In this document: positions 37,302 to 47,013 of the stretch, one piece after another
Position numbering within the stretch: position 1 is the stretch's first letter
How the letters are laid out: the number at the start of each line of letters is the position of its first letter
IMG/VR virus record: IMGVR_UViG_3300037454_000906
Coordinates: 64,001-128,000 of that record
Reading direction: 5' to 3' (one strand)
Origin: a virus
Length of the DNA stretch: 64,000 bases
Position numbers and translations under genes: made by a program
The notes under the pieces: generated by a model
Told to the model about the DNA's origin: nothing
Databases searched by the model: none
What the model saw: the letters and a program-made list of their open reading frames with translations, nothing else

Positions 37302-37847
37302 TTATTGCCCTTCCTGCATCTGCATGGACAGGTCGATCGCATTCGCAATTTCGGTGGGCACCGGTACTTCGTCTAAGGGGACACGATACTTGACCATTTC
37401 CCTAACGAGCGTACTGGAGATGCACCTGTGCTGCGGCTTGGCGATGAGAGGAATGAACTCGAATCTGGTGCCGTGGCTGAACATCGAATACTGTTCGGAA
37501 AGCATGATTTCGGACGATGCGTCTTCCATAGTCCGGATTCCACGGACGATGTTCTTGCAACCGCCCAGATCATCGGCGTGTGCAATCATGTATCCCGGAA
37601 CCGTAGTATCTTCGGGGAGGATGTCAACCACGTATTTCTCCGGCTTGTTAAACGTGCGCAAGAGAGTGGCTTCGATGGCGGATTTCATGACATTTACCGG
37701 GATAAACCTCCCGGACTTGGCCGAGTTGGTGGAGATTAGTATGACGACCTTGTCGAACAGGACTCCCGCCCTAGCCACAATGTCGAGATGCCCGTTGGTG
37801 AACGGGTCAAATGACCCCGGGTATACGCATGTACGTTTGATTTCCAT
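37302..37847 (-). CDS. coaD: phosphopantetheine adenylyltransferase
   Basis: VYPGSFDPFTNGHLDIVARA..LFDKV...IVRGIRT..D...ISSTLVREM. Confidence 0.9.
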   Translation of the reverse strand: MEIKRTCVYPGSFDPFTNGHLDIVARAGVLFDKVVILISTNSAKSGRFIPVNVMKSAIEATLLRTFNKPEKYVVDILPEDTTVPGYMIAHADDLGGCKNIVRGIRTMEDASSEIMLSEQYSMFSHGTRFEFIPLIAKPQHRCISSTLVREMVKYRVPLDEVPVPTEIANAIDLSMQMQEGQ

Positions 37848-37857
37848 AATTATCTCC

Positions 37858-38619
37858 TTATTTTCCGTTTAACGTGTCACAAATCTGGTTCACGAGTGAA
37901 TCCAGCAGTTCCGGATCATCGTTGCGCAGTACAACCGGCATGATGACATTGGAATGGGAAGAATCGATGACTTCCTGGCAGTTTCTGTCAAGGTTTTCTT
38001 GCAGTGCCAAGGTCCTTCGGATCATCATTCCGTAATCGTCGAGTAGTTCCGCGTTGCGGCTGATTTCATCCGTTGTGGAACTATCATTCGCGTCACCTGT
38101 CCGTTCTACCCGGATGCCGAGGCGTTTACGGTATCTCTCCACGACACGGCTTACCTGTTCGTTTGGATCGCTTACCGTTATCCTGAATTGATGGATGCAC
38201 TCGGATGGGACGATATCCAGAATGGTCTTGATAATCCAGTTGAACCGATGCGGCGCCTCGATGAACACGGTACCCTCCAGACTGTACGTGGGATCGGGGG
38301 ACTGCGGTTCAAGCGCATAGGTGATAGCTTCCTTCAATGCGCAGATCAATGCATTTCGACTAATCCGGTCAAGCCATATGTAAGTGTCCATACTTTCCAT
38401 GGCTTCGTCGCGGATACCAGTGCTTAGGGAACCATCCGGCCCGATGACGCTCTGGTTGTACTTACCGAACAATACGGCGCGTACAGCGGGATTCACACGG
38501 AATACATCCTTGCGGAGCTGATCAGTATCAATTACCACATATCCACGCCTGCGGAGCATGTCTGAAATTGTACTCTTGCCGGTACCGATATGGCCCGTGA
38601 TTAATACTATGTTCTTCAT
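37858..38619 (-). CDS. coaE: dephospho-CoA kinase-like protein
   Basis: IVLITGHIGTGKSTISDML...GYVVIDTDQL; adjacent to coaD. Confidence 0.8.
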   Translation of the reverse strand: MKNIVLITGHIGTGKSTISDMLRRRGYVVIDTDQLRKDVFRVNPAVRAVLFGKYNQSVIGPDGSLSTGIRDEAMESMDTYIWLDRISRNALICALKEAITYALEPQSPDPTYSLEGTVFIEAPHRFNWIIKTILDIVPSECIHQFRITVSDPNEQVSRVVERYRKRLGIRVERTGDANDSSTTDEISRNAELLDDYGMMIRRTLALQENLDRNCQEVIDSSHSNVIMPVVLRNDDPELLDSLVNQICDTLNGK

Positions 38620-39092
38620 TGTTGGTTTCCTTGTGTCTGGCGCAATGCAGCTAAGTCATTCTCCTCGGCACTACGTAAAAGGTTGTTGTATACGTTGTTC
38701 AATGCGAACAACAATTCGGACTGTAGTGGCCATATGGTGTGCTGCCACATGTCGCATTTCCGGTAGGTTGACCGCACGCCGGTATATGTCACTTCTCCGG
38801 TGGTTGGGAGGTGTCCATAACACCAGATGTTCAACAGGATGTCCGCCGATGTGCCGAGCGAGTACCCGAGCTCGTAATCCATGCGCTGTCCGGACTTGTC
38901 ACGGAAGCATACGTACAGATAGAGATTGTCGAACCGTCTCGCACGGTTGTTGGCACTCCGCCACATGTCGGGTGATATGCCATCGGGAACATTGGTATAT
39001 CCAGAACGGCCAATGGTGGCCATGCAATACATCTTCTTAGCGAAGGCGCCAAGTATGCATCCATATATTGTCAGGATGAACCATTTCTTCAT
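38616..39092 (-). CDS. hypothetical protein
   Basis: ORF track. Confidence 0.6.
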   Translation of the reverse strand: MKKWFILTIYGCILGAFAKKMYCMATIGRSGYTNVPDGISPDMWRSANNRARRFDNLYLYVCFRDKSGQRMDYELGYSLGTSADILLNIWCYGHLPTTGEVTYTGVRSTYRKCDMWQHTIWPLQSELLFALNNVYNNLLRSAEENDLAALRQTQGNQQ

Positions 39093-39868
39093 GATAGGGT
39101 AGTATCCTGGAATATCCGTTCCACGGGGTTACCCTCGCATGTCTCGTTTCCGCGGTAGCGATGGGTGTCATAGCGAGGATCCTGTCCGATGATGCCGTAT
39201 GTGGCGGAATCCGCGAGCGGCGAAGTCTTGCATATGCTGAACAAGGCATTGTCAAGGTATGGATACCTCCGCATCTCATTGAGCAGGTGGTCTATTATGA
39301 AATCGACATAGCCCAGATACGCCCCGTTGAAGCAGATGAACCCCTTGTTGATCCCAACCATAAGCAGCTTGAACTCCTTGCGCCTGGACACGAAATCATA
39401 TACCGCCTCGGTGATGTGCGGATATGTCGCGGAAAACACGTCATCCAGTACCATGAGGCCACCAGGTTTCAAGAGACGCGAGCACATTTCCAGGTCCTGC
39501 TCCACGCATTCGAGGGAATGCCCCCCGTCAATATGGATGAAGTCCATACAACGACCCACTACCTTGTCCAGGTCGGCAAAACAGGACATTGCCTGGTACC
39601 CATGTATCTTGTCCTCGGGAAGCCCGGCATGCTTCGTCACGTTTTCATATGTTGCCTTCCAGTGTCCAGGGTCACATTCAATGTACCTGAACTCCCCGGA
39701 CGTATTTGACGCAATTATGACCGATGTTCTCCCATCCCATGTACCGATTTCCAGGGTATTCTCAGGTTCAATATACCTCAGGAAACAATCCATCAGGACC
39801 ATGGCTTCGTAGTTGTTGAACCCATGTATGGTCTCGATGGAATGCATGTCGAATATTTGGTTACGCAT
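39089..39868 (-). CDS. class I SAM-dependent methyltransferase (Methyltransf_24-like)
   Basis: LEIGTWDGRTS; DFIHIDGGHS...D; LLKPGGLMVLDD; start MRNQIF. Confidence 0.85.
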   Translation of the reverse strand: MRNQIFDMHSIETIHGFNNYEAMVLMDCFLRYIEPENTLEIGTWDGRTSVIIASNTSGEFRYIECDPGHWKATYENVTKHAGLPEDKIHGYQAMSCFADLDKVVGRCMDFIHIDGGHSLECVEQDLEMCSRLLKPGGLMVLDDVFSATYPHITEAVYDFVSRRKEFKLLMVGINKGFICFNGAYLGYVDFIIDHLLNEMRRYPYLDNALFSICKTSPLADSATYGIIGQDPRYDTHRYRGNETCEGNPVERIFQDTTLS

Positions 39869-40792
39869 CTTCGCGAATCTCTTTGTAGAAGTTATGTTCC
39901 GGGCGTATGTCGAACTCGATGTCAATATATTTAAGGGGGTGACCATATTCACCCTTGCGGTGGCACGAGTGGCAGTAACCGCATTCCGCAAAGCGGATTA
40001 GCCCTTTCCCGGGTTTGTCCGTTATCTCGTCATTCACGTAAACCGCACAATCGCTCTGGTCTTCGCAGGACACGGTGAGTGATTCGACACCAAAGGCCTT
40101 AAGATTCTCGTAAATTTCCTTTTTGTCGGTGTGCGCCAAGGGGAATTTCAACGGGGGTACACGGAATATCTTCTCGTTGGGATGATATATCGCATGGGAA
40201 ATCTTCATTACGGACTTGTACATACCCCTCAGTTCGGGAACATAGTACAGCGCATCGTCTCCGTCGACGAATCCAGCCTGGATTGATTCGAGCTTTCCAA
40301 GATATCCCTTGCCATGAACCCGAGCGAGAATATGTTGATTGGCTGTTGAATCAATCCATGCTTGTCTGCCATGCCGGCGCGCCACCCATTGATTGCACAA
40401 TATGGATCCTGCAACAAGTGGCCGTACTTACGATTCAGGGACTGTAGGGCCACCATGGTCATGAGACGATAAACCGGAAAGTCGCTATTGATTTCGTTGA
40501 TAATGGGGAGGACGTTCTTGCCCTGTTCCATTTCTCTAGCGGCGAGGTAGGTGCTATCCATGCCCCCGCTAAACAGAATGCCCACCGTGCCAATCGGTAC
40601 ATTACGCGGAACGTGCCGGGTGCTGATCGTGTCGTCGGATTCCATTTGGAATTCGTCCTTCAGCACGGCCTCAACTGCCGATTTCCAGCAATATACCCTT
40701 CTCCACGGAGGTTCGGGTGCTTTCATCTCCGATTTCGGGTGTTCAGATACTCTGATCACAGGCGCACCTTCTTGCTCTTCAGTTTCCCGCAT
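39861..40792 (-). pseudogene. queC: QueC-like PP-loop ATPase split by a frameshift near 40310
   Basis: ORF 40229-40792 has ILFSGGMDST; ORF 39861-40400 has TVSC...CGYCHSC. Confidence 0.7.
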
Positions 40793-40938
40793 TTTACGCA
40801 GCGCATGACATACACGCGGTACCCGTCATGGTCCTTCTTGTCAATGATTTCATAAGAATGGATGCAGAACTTGTGGGTGAGCCAGACGACCATGGCGAGC
40901 GTAATCGCCGCCAGGGTCGCAATTATGATAATATTCAT
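40756..40938 (-). CDS. small membrane protein with zinc-binding motif
   Basis: N-terminal TM; HKFCIH...CVKCG. Confidence 0.6.
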   Translation of the reverse strand: MNIIIIATLAAITLAMVVWLTHKFCIHSYEIIDKKDHDGYRVYVMRCVKCGKLKSKKVRL

Positions 40939-40948
40939 TTTGCTGTCC

Positions 40949-41578
40949 TTATGCCATTATGTAGATTGGTGTATTCTCGTCCGTGTGAATGGAGACGATG
41001 TCCTTGCGCTCGCCGTACACCTCGGTAAACTTCTGGTACAAGCATCTCTTGAAGAGAATATGGTAACCCGTCTTGCTTTGTAGGACGAGCGAAACCTTTT
41101 CGCCTGCGGGGAGACAGTTTTCTTCGAGGAACTTCACATACTCAAGTGTCCTCGAGGAAATGGCCTCGTCGCTTTCGCCGGGAGCCCGGTCGACATCCAC
41201 CAGGTAGACACCGCGACGGCTGGGCTTGGTTTCGTCGAACACGGACGGATAAATCACCCCCGCGAACGGGAAGTTGTTGGACGTTGCATTCATTGCGAGC
41301 TGGTAGGCGAGCTTGGCGTTCACCTCGCGAAGGTCCTTCGCGTTCACGCCAATGACAATGCGTCCACCGCGGGACACATGTTCGATCATGCTGGGCTTGA
41401 TCTGTTCAAGCTCCTGCACGTTGTGAATGTACCAGTGCTTTCCCGCCTGCGAACCACGGTCGGTGACTCCGTCCTTGCGACGTTTGAGCCACATGATGTG
41501 GAATGCCTCGTAGGGCCTGATGTCCTGGGATTCAATCCAGGACCGAATGATATCGTAATTGTTTCTAATAAGTTCCAT
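40949..41578 (-). CDS. hypothetical protein, possible AEP/prim-pol-like fold
   Basis: YLVDVD and SKTGYHILF motifs; leaderless start. Confidence 0.5.
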   Translation of the reverse strand: MELIRNNYDIIRSWIESQDIRPYEAFHIMWLKRRKDGVTDRGSQAGKHWYIHNVQELEQIKPSMIEHVSRGGRIVIGVNAKDLREVNAKLAYQLAMNATSNNFPFAGVIYPSVFDETKPSRRGVYLVDVDRAPGESDEAISSRTLEYVKFLEENCLPAGEKVSLVLQSKTGYHILFKRCLYQKFTEVYGERKDIVSIHTDENTPIYIMA

Positions 41579-41670
41579 GTCGGTAATATAGCAAAAAAGT
41601 TAACCGGCGGCAACGGCTTCCCCGTTATTGCCGCCCGGCATGTCCTCCGATACTGTCGCGAGGAATTTTA

Positions 41671-41919
41671 TCAATACTCCTTCATCACGGTGGTGCGTGA
41701 CAGTTGCCCACCCATCATGCCTACCTGGTCAAGGAAGTTTTTGGCTTCATCGAAGGTCTTGAAAGACCTGGGCCCGATAATTTCGCTGTTGAAAAAGGGG
41801 AACGGGCTCCAATTGGACCAGAAGAGGAATCTGGTTCGTTTTTGGGGAACGTATTCCACGTGCAGCTTGCTGTTGTCGTCGAACCATTCGCTTTTCACGA
41901 TGCGGTACCTACTCTGCAT
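41671..41919 (-). CDS. small hypothetical protein
   Basis: ORF track. Confidence 0.6.
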   Translation of the reverse strand: MQSRYRIVKSEWFDDNSKLHVEYVPQKRTRFLFWSNWSPFPFFNSEIIGPRSFKTFDEAKNFLDQVGMMGGQLSRTTVMKEY

Positions 41920-42784
41920 TTTTTACCTCCGTATCCGCGTTAGATTCAGGGATGAACTTGAACTTTGCCTTGATCTGCTCATCCAGGTCGATGACCGCGT
42001 AACCCGGGTAGTTCCCGCTCGGTACGCATTCGTCGGAGAACGGATCAAGCTGTCCTTGGGAAGAAGGGGCCACGTATTGAGTCCAGCGGTCCCAGGAATC
42101 GATGCTGGGGCAGTGATAGTGGCCACAGAAAATCCCACAAATGTGGAGCCCCTGTGTTGCCAAAAGGAACGTTTTTGCCACGTCCTCGTCGATGGAATAC
42201 TGCGGGCCGTTCATAAAACGATGGAACGGCTTGATAAGCGGCTTGTGGACGAACAGGTAATAGGCGTGTTCGGGTGTGCACGGAGCCATTTTAAGGAGTT
42301 CCTGCATGGCCTTGTGGGGAACGTCGTTATGCGCGTTGTCCATGCCTACCAGGTACTCAAACCCGTAACCATTTACGGGATTTCGCATCTTCAGTACAAC
42401 GAACTTACTCCCGGGTTCTTCAAATGAACCGCCATATGTCGCTATTGCGGCGTATTGCTTGTACGTATACCCGCGGGCCAAATATGCCTCATACGCGGCA
42501 TCGAGAGTCTTGCGGTTGTCATGGTTCCCGGGAACCACGAGCAACGGGGTGTCGGCCCCGAAGGTATCGACAATCCGGTCAAAGATGTAGGTATAGTCCT
42601 CGACCGTGGGCTCGATCGGATTATACTCGCTCTTGTCGTCTACCAGGTCGCCCGTCAGGACAACCGCGGCGAAGTCCTGGCCCCTGGTGTCGGCAAGGAT
42701 CCTCTCAAAGTGCTCCTTGACGTTAAATCGACCGTCATATTCGCCATGCAGGTGAATGTCGGTAATCTGTAGAATCTTCCTCAT
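41909..42784 (-). CDS. calcineurin-like metallophosphoesterase (CpdA/Icc-like)
   Basis: QITDIH, LTGDLVD, VPGNHD, FVHKP, FCGHYH. Confidence 0.9.
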   Translation of the reverse strand: MRKILQITDIHLHGEYDGRFNVKEHFERILADTRGQDFAAVVLTGDLVDDKSEYNPIEPTVEDYTYIFDRIVDTFGADTPLLVVPGNHDNRKTLDAAYEAYLARGYTYKQYAAIATYGGSFEEPGSKFVVLKMRNPVNGYGFEYLVGMDNAHNDVPHKAMQELLKMAPCTPEHAYYLFVHKPLIKPFHRFMNGPQYSIDEDVAKTFLLATQGLHICGIFCGHYHCPSIDSWDRWTQYVAPSSQGQLDPFSDECVPSGNYPGYAVIDLDEQIKAKFKFIPESNADTEVKNAE

Positions 42785-42785
42785 G

Positions 42786-43205
42786 TTACCACCTATTGTA
42801 GTATTCCGGTTTATAGTCGCCAAAGCCATGCTCCTCAGCATACTTGATGGCGACCTCTTTCAGTTTCTTGTGAATGGCGGCCTCAGTGCCGCCACATTCC
42901 TTCGCCAGGTAGAACGCCTCGTCCTCGAGAAATTCACGGAACTCCCTGTGTTCGGGTTTCTTCCACCATGCGACCGCCTCGTCGACCTTCTGCTTGCCCC
43001 CGCATAACTTGTACCACCCGGCGCGATACGCGTTGGTCTTGTTCTTGTAGCCGTACCCGTTGGCGTTGTCGACAATTTCCCCGGTATCGATATCGACTAT
43101 CTCGAACCTTCCCGGCTTGCCGACCATCTCGACCACATCGAACGGCGCCTTTTTACCTTCGTCCATCGTCGCCTCGATTGGAGAACAGGTGCGCGTCATT
43201 AACAC
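42786..43205 (-). CDS. hypothetical protein
   Basis: ORF track; start uncertain. Confidence 0.65.
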   Translation of the reverse strand: MLMTRTCSPIEATMDEGKKAPFDVVEMVGKPGRFEIVDIDTGEIVDNANGYGYKNKTNAYRAGWYKLCGGKQKVDEAVAWWKKPEHREFREFLEDEAFYLAKECGGTEAAIHKKLKEVAIKYAEEHGFGDYKPEYYNRW

Positions 43206-43536
43206 CTGCTTGTGGCCCGGAAAGGGAATGCCGCTTTTCCCTGGGGAGCACGGTGTACATCCCCTGCTCCTTCAGGATGTCGTCTAGCTGCCCAAATGGG
43301 CACTTAAATTCCTTGATCTCGGGTTCCTTGGAAAAGATTGATTTACGGGGAATCGCGATCTTCAGGGTAGCCACCTCGGCTGCGTAGTCGTAATGGATCC
43401 ATGATACCAGGCCGGTGCGGGGACTGACATACTTTGTCGTTCGCACGTCATACGAGTTCATGCCCTCAAGGAGTCCCTCGACGTAGCGAAATTTCCAGAT
43501 GGCGAAATTGACAATGTCCATTGTTTTGTTCCTCAA
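43153..43536 (-). CDS. hypothetical protein
   Basis: ORF track. Confidence 0.55.
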   Translation of the reverse strand: MRNKTMDIVNFAIWKFRYVEGLLEGMNSYDVRTTKYVSPRTGLVSWIHYDYAAEVATLKIAIPRKSIFSKEPEIKEFKCPFGQLDDILKEQGMYTVLPREKRHSLSGPQAGVNDAHLFSNRGDDGRR

Positions 43537-43937
43537 TTGCAGTTCTTGCTGCGGAGAATGAGCTCCACGGTGTCCGATAACTTGCTCTTCTTGGCGGCCT
43601 TATACACGTGCTGCACCTTGATAACGTCGTATTCCCCGCTGTCCCTGAGTGTTTCCACCAGGCGCGTGGTGGCACCGTCCTTGGCGCAGCTCGACAGCAC
43701 ATACTTGTACTCCTTGTGCCCCAGCATGAACCCGGCCAGCCTGGAATCGTCATTGACCGTCCACGTCGAGTTGTATCCGGCCTCCGTATTGGAATAGGGC
43801 GGATCGAGATATACGACGGCGCCGGAACCGCCGAACACGTCGATCAGGGTATTGCCCTGTGGAATCGCGGAATCCAGGTGTTCCATGAGGTTGAATTTGC
43901 ATCCCGCATAGGGAAACGGTGAATTGATATATTCCAT
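43533..43937 (-). CDS. Dam-like DNA adenine methyltransferase lacking the central target-recognition region
   Basis: PFPYAGCK, LIDVFGGSGAV immediately followed by VYLDPPY. Confidence 0.75.
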   Translation of the reverse strand: MEYINSPFPYAGCKFNLMEHLDSAIPQGNTLIDVFGGSGAVVYLDPPYSNTEAGYNSTWTVNDDSRLAGFMLGHKEYKYVLSSCAKDGATTRLVETLRDSGEYDVIKVQHVYKAAKKSKLSDTVELILRSKNCN

Positions 43938-43969
43938 ATCACCAAATATAGCAACAAAACCGCGCGTTG

Positions 43970-44275
43970 TCAATCAACGGCACTATATTTCCTGTATAGA
44001 TGCAATAGCCAGATGCAGCATATGAGGGCGAATCCGTAGTTGCCGTACAGTGGATACTGCCATTCGCCGGTGATCAGGTTGCTGTCAAGCACAAACAGGC
44101 CGCAGCATATGTTGGCGGCGAGCGACAGCAGTATCCACCCGAGGGACACCCCCTGCACACTGTGAGTCTTGCGGATCTTGAATATGGCGGGGAGGTTACA
44201 TATTGCGAACATGAACGAGCCCCCGTACCCGATAATTACGCATATAATGTGGACGATTAAGCGAAACGTCGTCAT
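43970..44275 (-). CDS. PQ-loop/SemiSWEET-like membrane protein
   Basis: 3 TM; LPAIFKIRKTHSVQGVSL signature. Confidence 0.8.
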   Translation of the reverse strand: MTTFRLIVHIICVIIGYGGSFMFAICNLPAIFKIRKTHSVQGVSLGWILLSLAANICCGLFVLDSNLITGEWQYPLYGNYGFALICCIWLLHLYRKYSAVD

Positions 44276-44314
44276 GCGGGCAGTTTATAATAGGAATACT
44301 GTTCGGCTTCCGCG

Positions 44315-44590
44315 TCAGTCATTTCGTCCCCTTTTCCTGAGTAACGGGCAGCGATTAGGTATGCCAAACTCCCATTCATAATAATCCTGTGTACGTAACA
44401 CGTTCTTCCCGTGGGTGTTCTGTTCCACCTTGAAGCTGGTGCGGCTGATATTGAAGTTTCCAAGGCCGCAATACTGCCTCCAACCGGGTTTCTTTTCGGT
44501 CCCGTGGGTTTCAACGAAGTGCTTGCAGTGTTCACACCCCGTTATGCCCTGTTCACGTCGGACACGGTCTTTTTCCTTTTCCAGTTCCAT
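44315..44590 (-). CDS. Cys-rich hypothetical protein
   Basis: CEHCKH...C...CP. Confidence 0.6.
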   Translation of the reverse strand: MELEKEKDRVRREQGITGCEHCKHFVETHGTEKKPGWRQYCGLGNFNISRTSFKVEQNTHGKNVLRTQDYYEWEFGIPNRCPLLRKRGRND

Positions 44591-44841
44591 TAAGTTTCCT
44601 CTACCGGTTCCATCAGGGTTTTGTCCTCGTCAAGGGCGAGTTCCTTTTTAAGTTCTTCTTCGTCCCAGATTTCGTGGTAGTAGTTGCAGTCTGGTGTGCA
44701 CTTGTCGGAGTCTGACCATAGGCCGTATGGTTCGGGGAATGGACATTCATCCACCTCGATGATTAGTTTGTGGCAGGCAGTGCAGCAGGTGCAGTCCGGG
44801 AGGCAGTATGCGATTTCGCCGTCAACTATTACGTCTACCAT
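44590..44841 (-). CDS. Cys-rich hypothetical protein
   Basis: CTCCTAC...C...C..C. Confidence 0.6.
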   Translation of the reverse strand: MVDVIVDGEIAYCLPDCTCCTACHKLIIEVDECPFPEPYGLWSDSDKCTPDCNYYHEIWDEEELKKELALDEDKTLMEPVEET

Positions 44842-44889
44842 GGGTCTTTATTCCTTGTGTTAGATTTACATCTCCCCAACGCCAATGAG

Positions 44890-46346
44890 GTGAACTACCC
44901 ACAGCCTAAAGGCTGTGAGCTTCGAGTTTTCGCTTCGACGGAGCCACTTGTGCTAACTCAGTATAACTGGGAGACATAGAGGCAGCTACCTCAGCGGAGG
45001 CGTGTTCCACGCACTCAGCACGTTTAGTCGTGCCAAACAAGAGTACATTACAGGCGGAATGCCAATCCCTCGGCTTGGTATAACCGCAATCACAGTGATA
45101 TGTGCGCTCATCCAAGCTAATGGTATTTACTGCACCGCAAGCTGGACACATCTTGGTCGTCGGTAGCCACTTTGACAACACGAATGCGCGGTCTGCCTTG
45201 ACCAGCATCTTGATACGCTGTTTAAGGTCTCCCATGCAAGAGTGTTGCACTTGCTTACCGAACCAGGTCTGGTGCCAGTTCTTGATCTGCTCGTCCTGTA
45301 TGTATATGACATCGTAGCTGGACACAAGGTCGTGGTAGATTTTGTTGCAGATGTCCTTGCGGACATTCGCAACATGTTCATGCTCACGGGCAAGCTGCTT
45401 CCTACAATTCCATCGCCGCTTGGAGTCCTTCTGCTTCTTGTGCCTATTGAGCATCTTGCTCAGGTACTTCAGGTACTCGGTTTCTTGCACTTTGCAATCG
45501 TAGGTCTTGTTGTCCGATGTCGTTATCGTATTCTTGATGCCGAAGTCCAGGCCGACACTCTTGCGGGTGCGGTTTCTCGGTTCCTTCGGCAACATAATGG
45601 TGAGTTTTACATAGTAACCTGATGCCTTGCGAATGAGCTTGGCATCGGCTATCTCGTATTCCTCAAACTCTATCTGATGCAAGCCGTTCACTTTCAATTT
45701 CCTGAAACCAGGAATGGTGATATGGCTTGCATCCAAAATCTTCGTGAAACCCGTAATGATGGGAATGCAGTTCACTTCGCTTTTGAACTTCAACGCGCCA
45801 ACCTTGATACCTTTCTTCTTGGCCTTGGTGAGGTTGACAATGTCGGTCTTCTTCTGGGCTACAGTAGCCCTGTGGAGAACGGACGGCAGTGTAATGGATG
45901 AAGTGACCGGGTTCTTGTCCTTGTCGTAGTGGACTACATCCCTATGCTCGGTGTACTTGTAATCGAACATGCTGTTGTCGGGATTATCCTTGGACAACGA
46001 CAACATGTCGTTGATTACCCACTTAGCTTCCTTGAAACAGTTGGATAATTTCTCAAACACCGATTTGGGATTGTGCCGTATGGACACCTTAAGCTCGAAG
46101 ACACGGCATGTCTGCGTCTTACGACGGGCATGCGTTTCCGCCATGCTCGCCTTAATCCTCGCCTTCGTATCTTCGCTTCTTATCAGTTCCATAACAAGAT
46201 TCTTGACTATACTTATAGTTTAGAAGTTTTACTCAATAAATATATCTATTTTAGTGCCCATAAAATGTTATTTATTTCTTACATTTGCTATCGGCGGGTC
46301 TTACCCACGCCCTAAAGGGCGTGAGCTTGCGACCGCCCATTCCTCC
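44890..46346 (-). mobile_element. IS200/IS605-family TnpB-only element
   Basis: Subterminal hairpins CACAGCCTAAAGGCTGTG (44900-44917) and CACGCCCTAAAGGGCGTG (46306-46323); right end ...GGGTAGTTCAC; TTTAA candidate TAM at the left; exact ends inferred. Confidence 0.75.
44906..46192 (-). CDS. tnpB: TnpB (428 aa)
   Basis: GLDFGIK, YIQDEQ, TTKMCPACG...CDCG, RDWHSACN. Confidence 0.9.
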   Translation of the reverse strand: MELIRSEDTKARIKASMAETHARRKTQTCRVFELKVSIRHNPKSVFEKLSNCFKEAKWVINDMLSLSKDNPDNSMFDYKYTEHRDVVHYDKDKNPVTSSITLPSVLHRATVAQKKTDIVNLTKAKKKGIKVGALKFKSEVNCIPIITGFTKILDASHITIPGFRKLKVNGLHQIEFEEYEIADAKLIRKASGYYVKLTIMLPKEPRNRTRKSVGLDFGIKNTITTSDNKTYDCKVQETEYLKYLSKMLNRHKKQKDSKRRWNCRKQLAREHEHVANVRKDICNKIYHDLVSSYDVIYIQDEQIKNWHQTWFGKQVQHSCMGDLKQRIKMLVKADRAFVLSKWLPTTKMCPACGAVNTISLDERTYHCDCGYTKPRDWHSACNVLLFGTTKRAECVEHASAEVAASMSPSYTELAQVAPSKRKLEAHSL

Positions 46347-46663
46347 TTAAACCTCAGCTTGCTAACTCGCTTCGCATATTGCGAATTCTTGGCGGTGGCT
46401 CGGTCGGGCACTGTCGACAGCCGAACCATTCGCCGCACCCGGAACGCATTAAACGGGCCGGCCTTCACCGCAACGCACGGGGGTTCCTCTTCACCCGGTA
46501 ATCGGAAAAACACCCAGACCTCTCCGTTACCAGAAAAATAGCGAAGCACCTCACGATTATGGGCTATTAGCGAAACGACGCCACCCCTGTCTCGAGAAAA
46601 GGTGGCGAAAATATCTTCGGCAGCCTTGGTCGCGATATCAATTACTTTACCGGCGGTAAGCAT
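46301..46663 (-). CDS. hypothetical protein, 3' end runs into the IS left end
   Basis: ORF track; stop lies inside the IS hairpin. Confidence 0.55.
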   Translation of the reverse strand: MLTAGKVIDIATKAAEDIFATFSRDRGGVVSLIAHNREVLRYFSGNGEVWVFFRLPGEEEPPCVAVKAGPFNAFRVRRMVRLSTVPDRATAKNSQYAKRVSKLRFKEEWAVASSRPLGRG

Positions 46664-46695
46664 TTAATCTCCTTTGTATTAAATATATTCATTTA

Positions 46696-46872
46696 TTATC
46701 TCCTGTATGTTTCCTTGTATATCAAATCCAGCAGGGTCCAGAAGGAAGCGGTATTGAAGATGACGAATATGACGAGGCCGATTATTTGGAGGATGGAGAG
46801 GTCTACGGTATGTAGGAGGTAGATACCTAATACGACTGCAAGCATATTGATTAGGCAGATGTAGTCTTTCAT
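46696..46872 (-). CDS. small membrane protein
   Basis: Hand translation MKDYICLINMLAVVLGIYLL..., 2 TM. Confidence 0.55.
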   Translation of the reverse strand: MKDYICLINMLAVVLGIYLLHTVDLSILQIIGLVIFVIFNTASFWTLLDLIYKETYRR

Positions 46873-47013
46873 GTTGGTACTCTGTGGTTAGAATGTGTCG
46901 TGCTTCTTGTTTTTATTCCTCGTTATGGAAGCCCCGTTAAACCGTAAGTGCATCATTTCTCCTCTGGCGCGGGGAGTATGGTATCATTTTGTTGGCATCA
47001 ACAAAATGATCTT

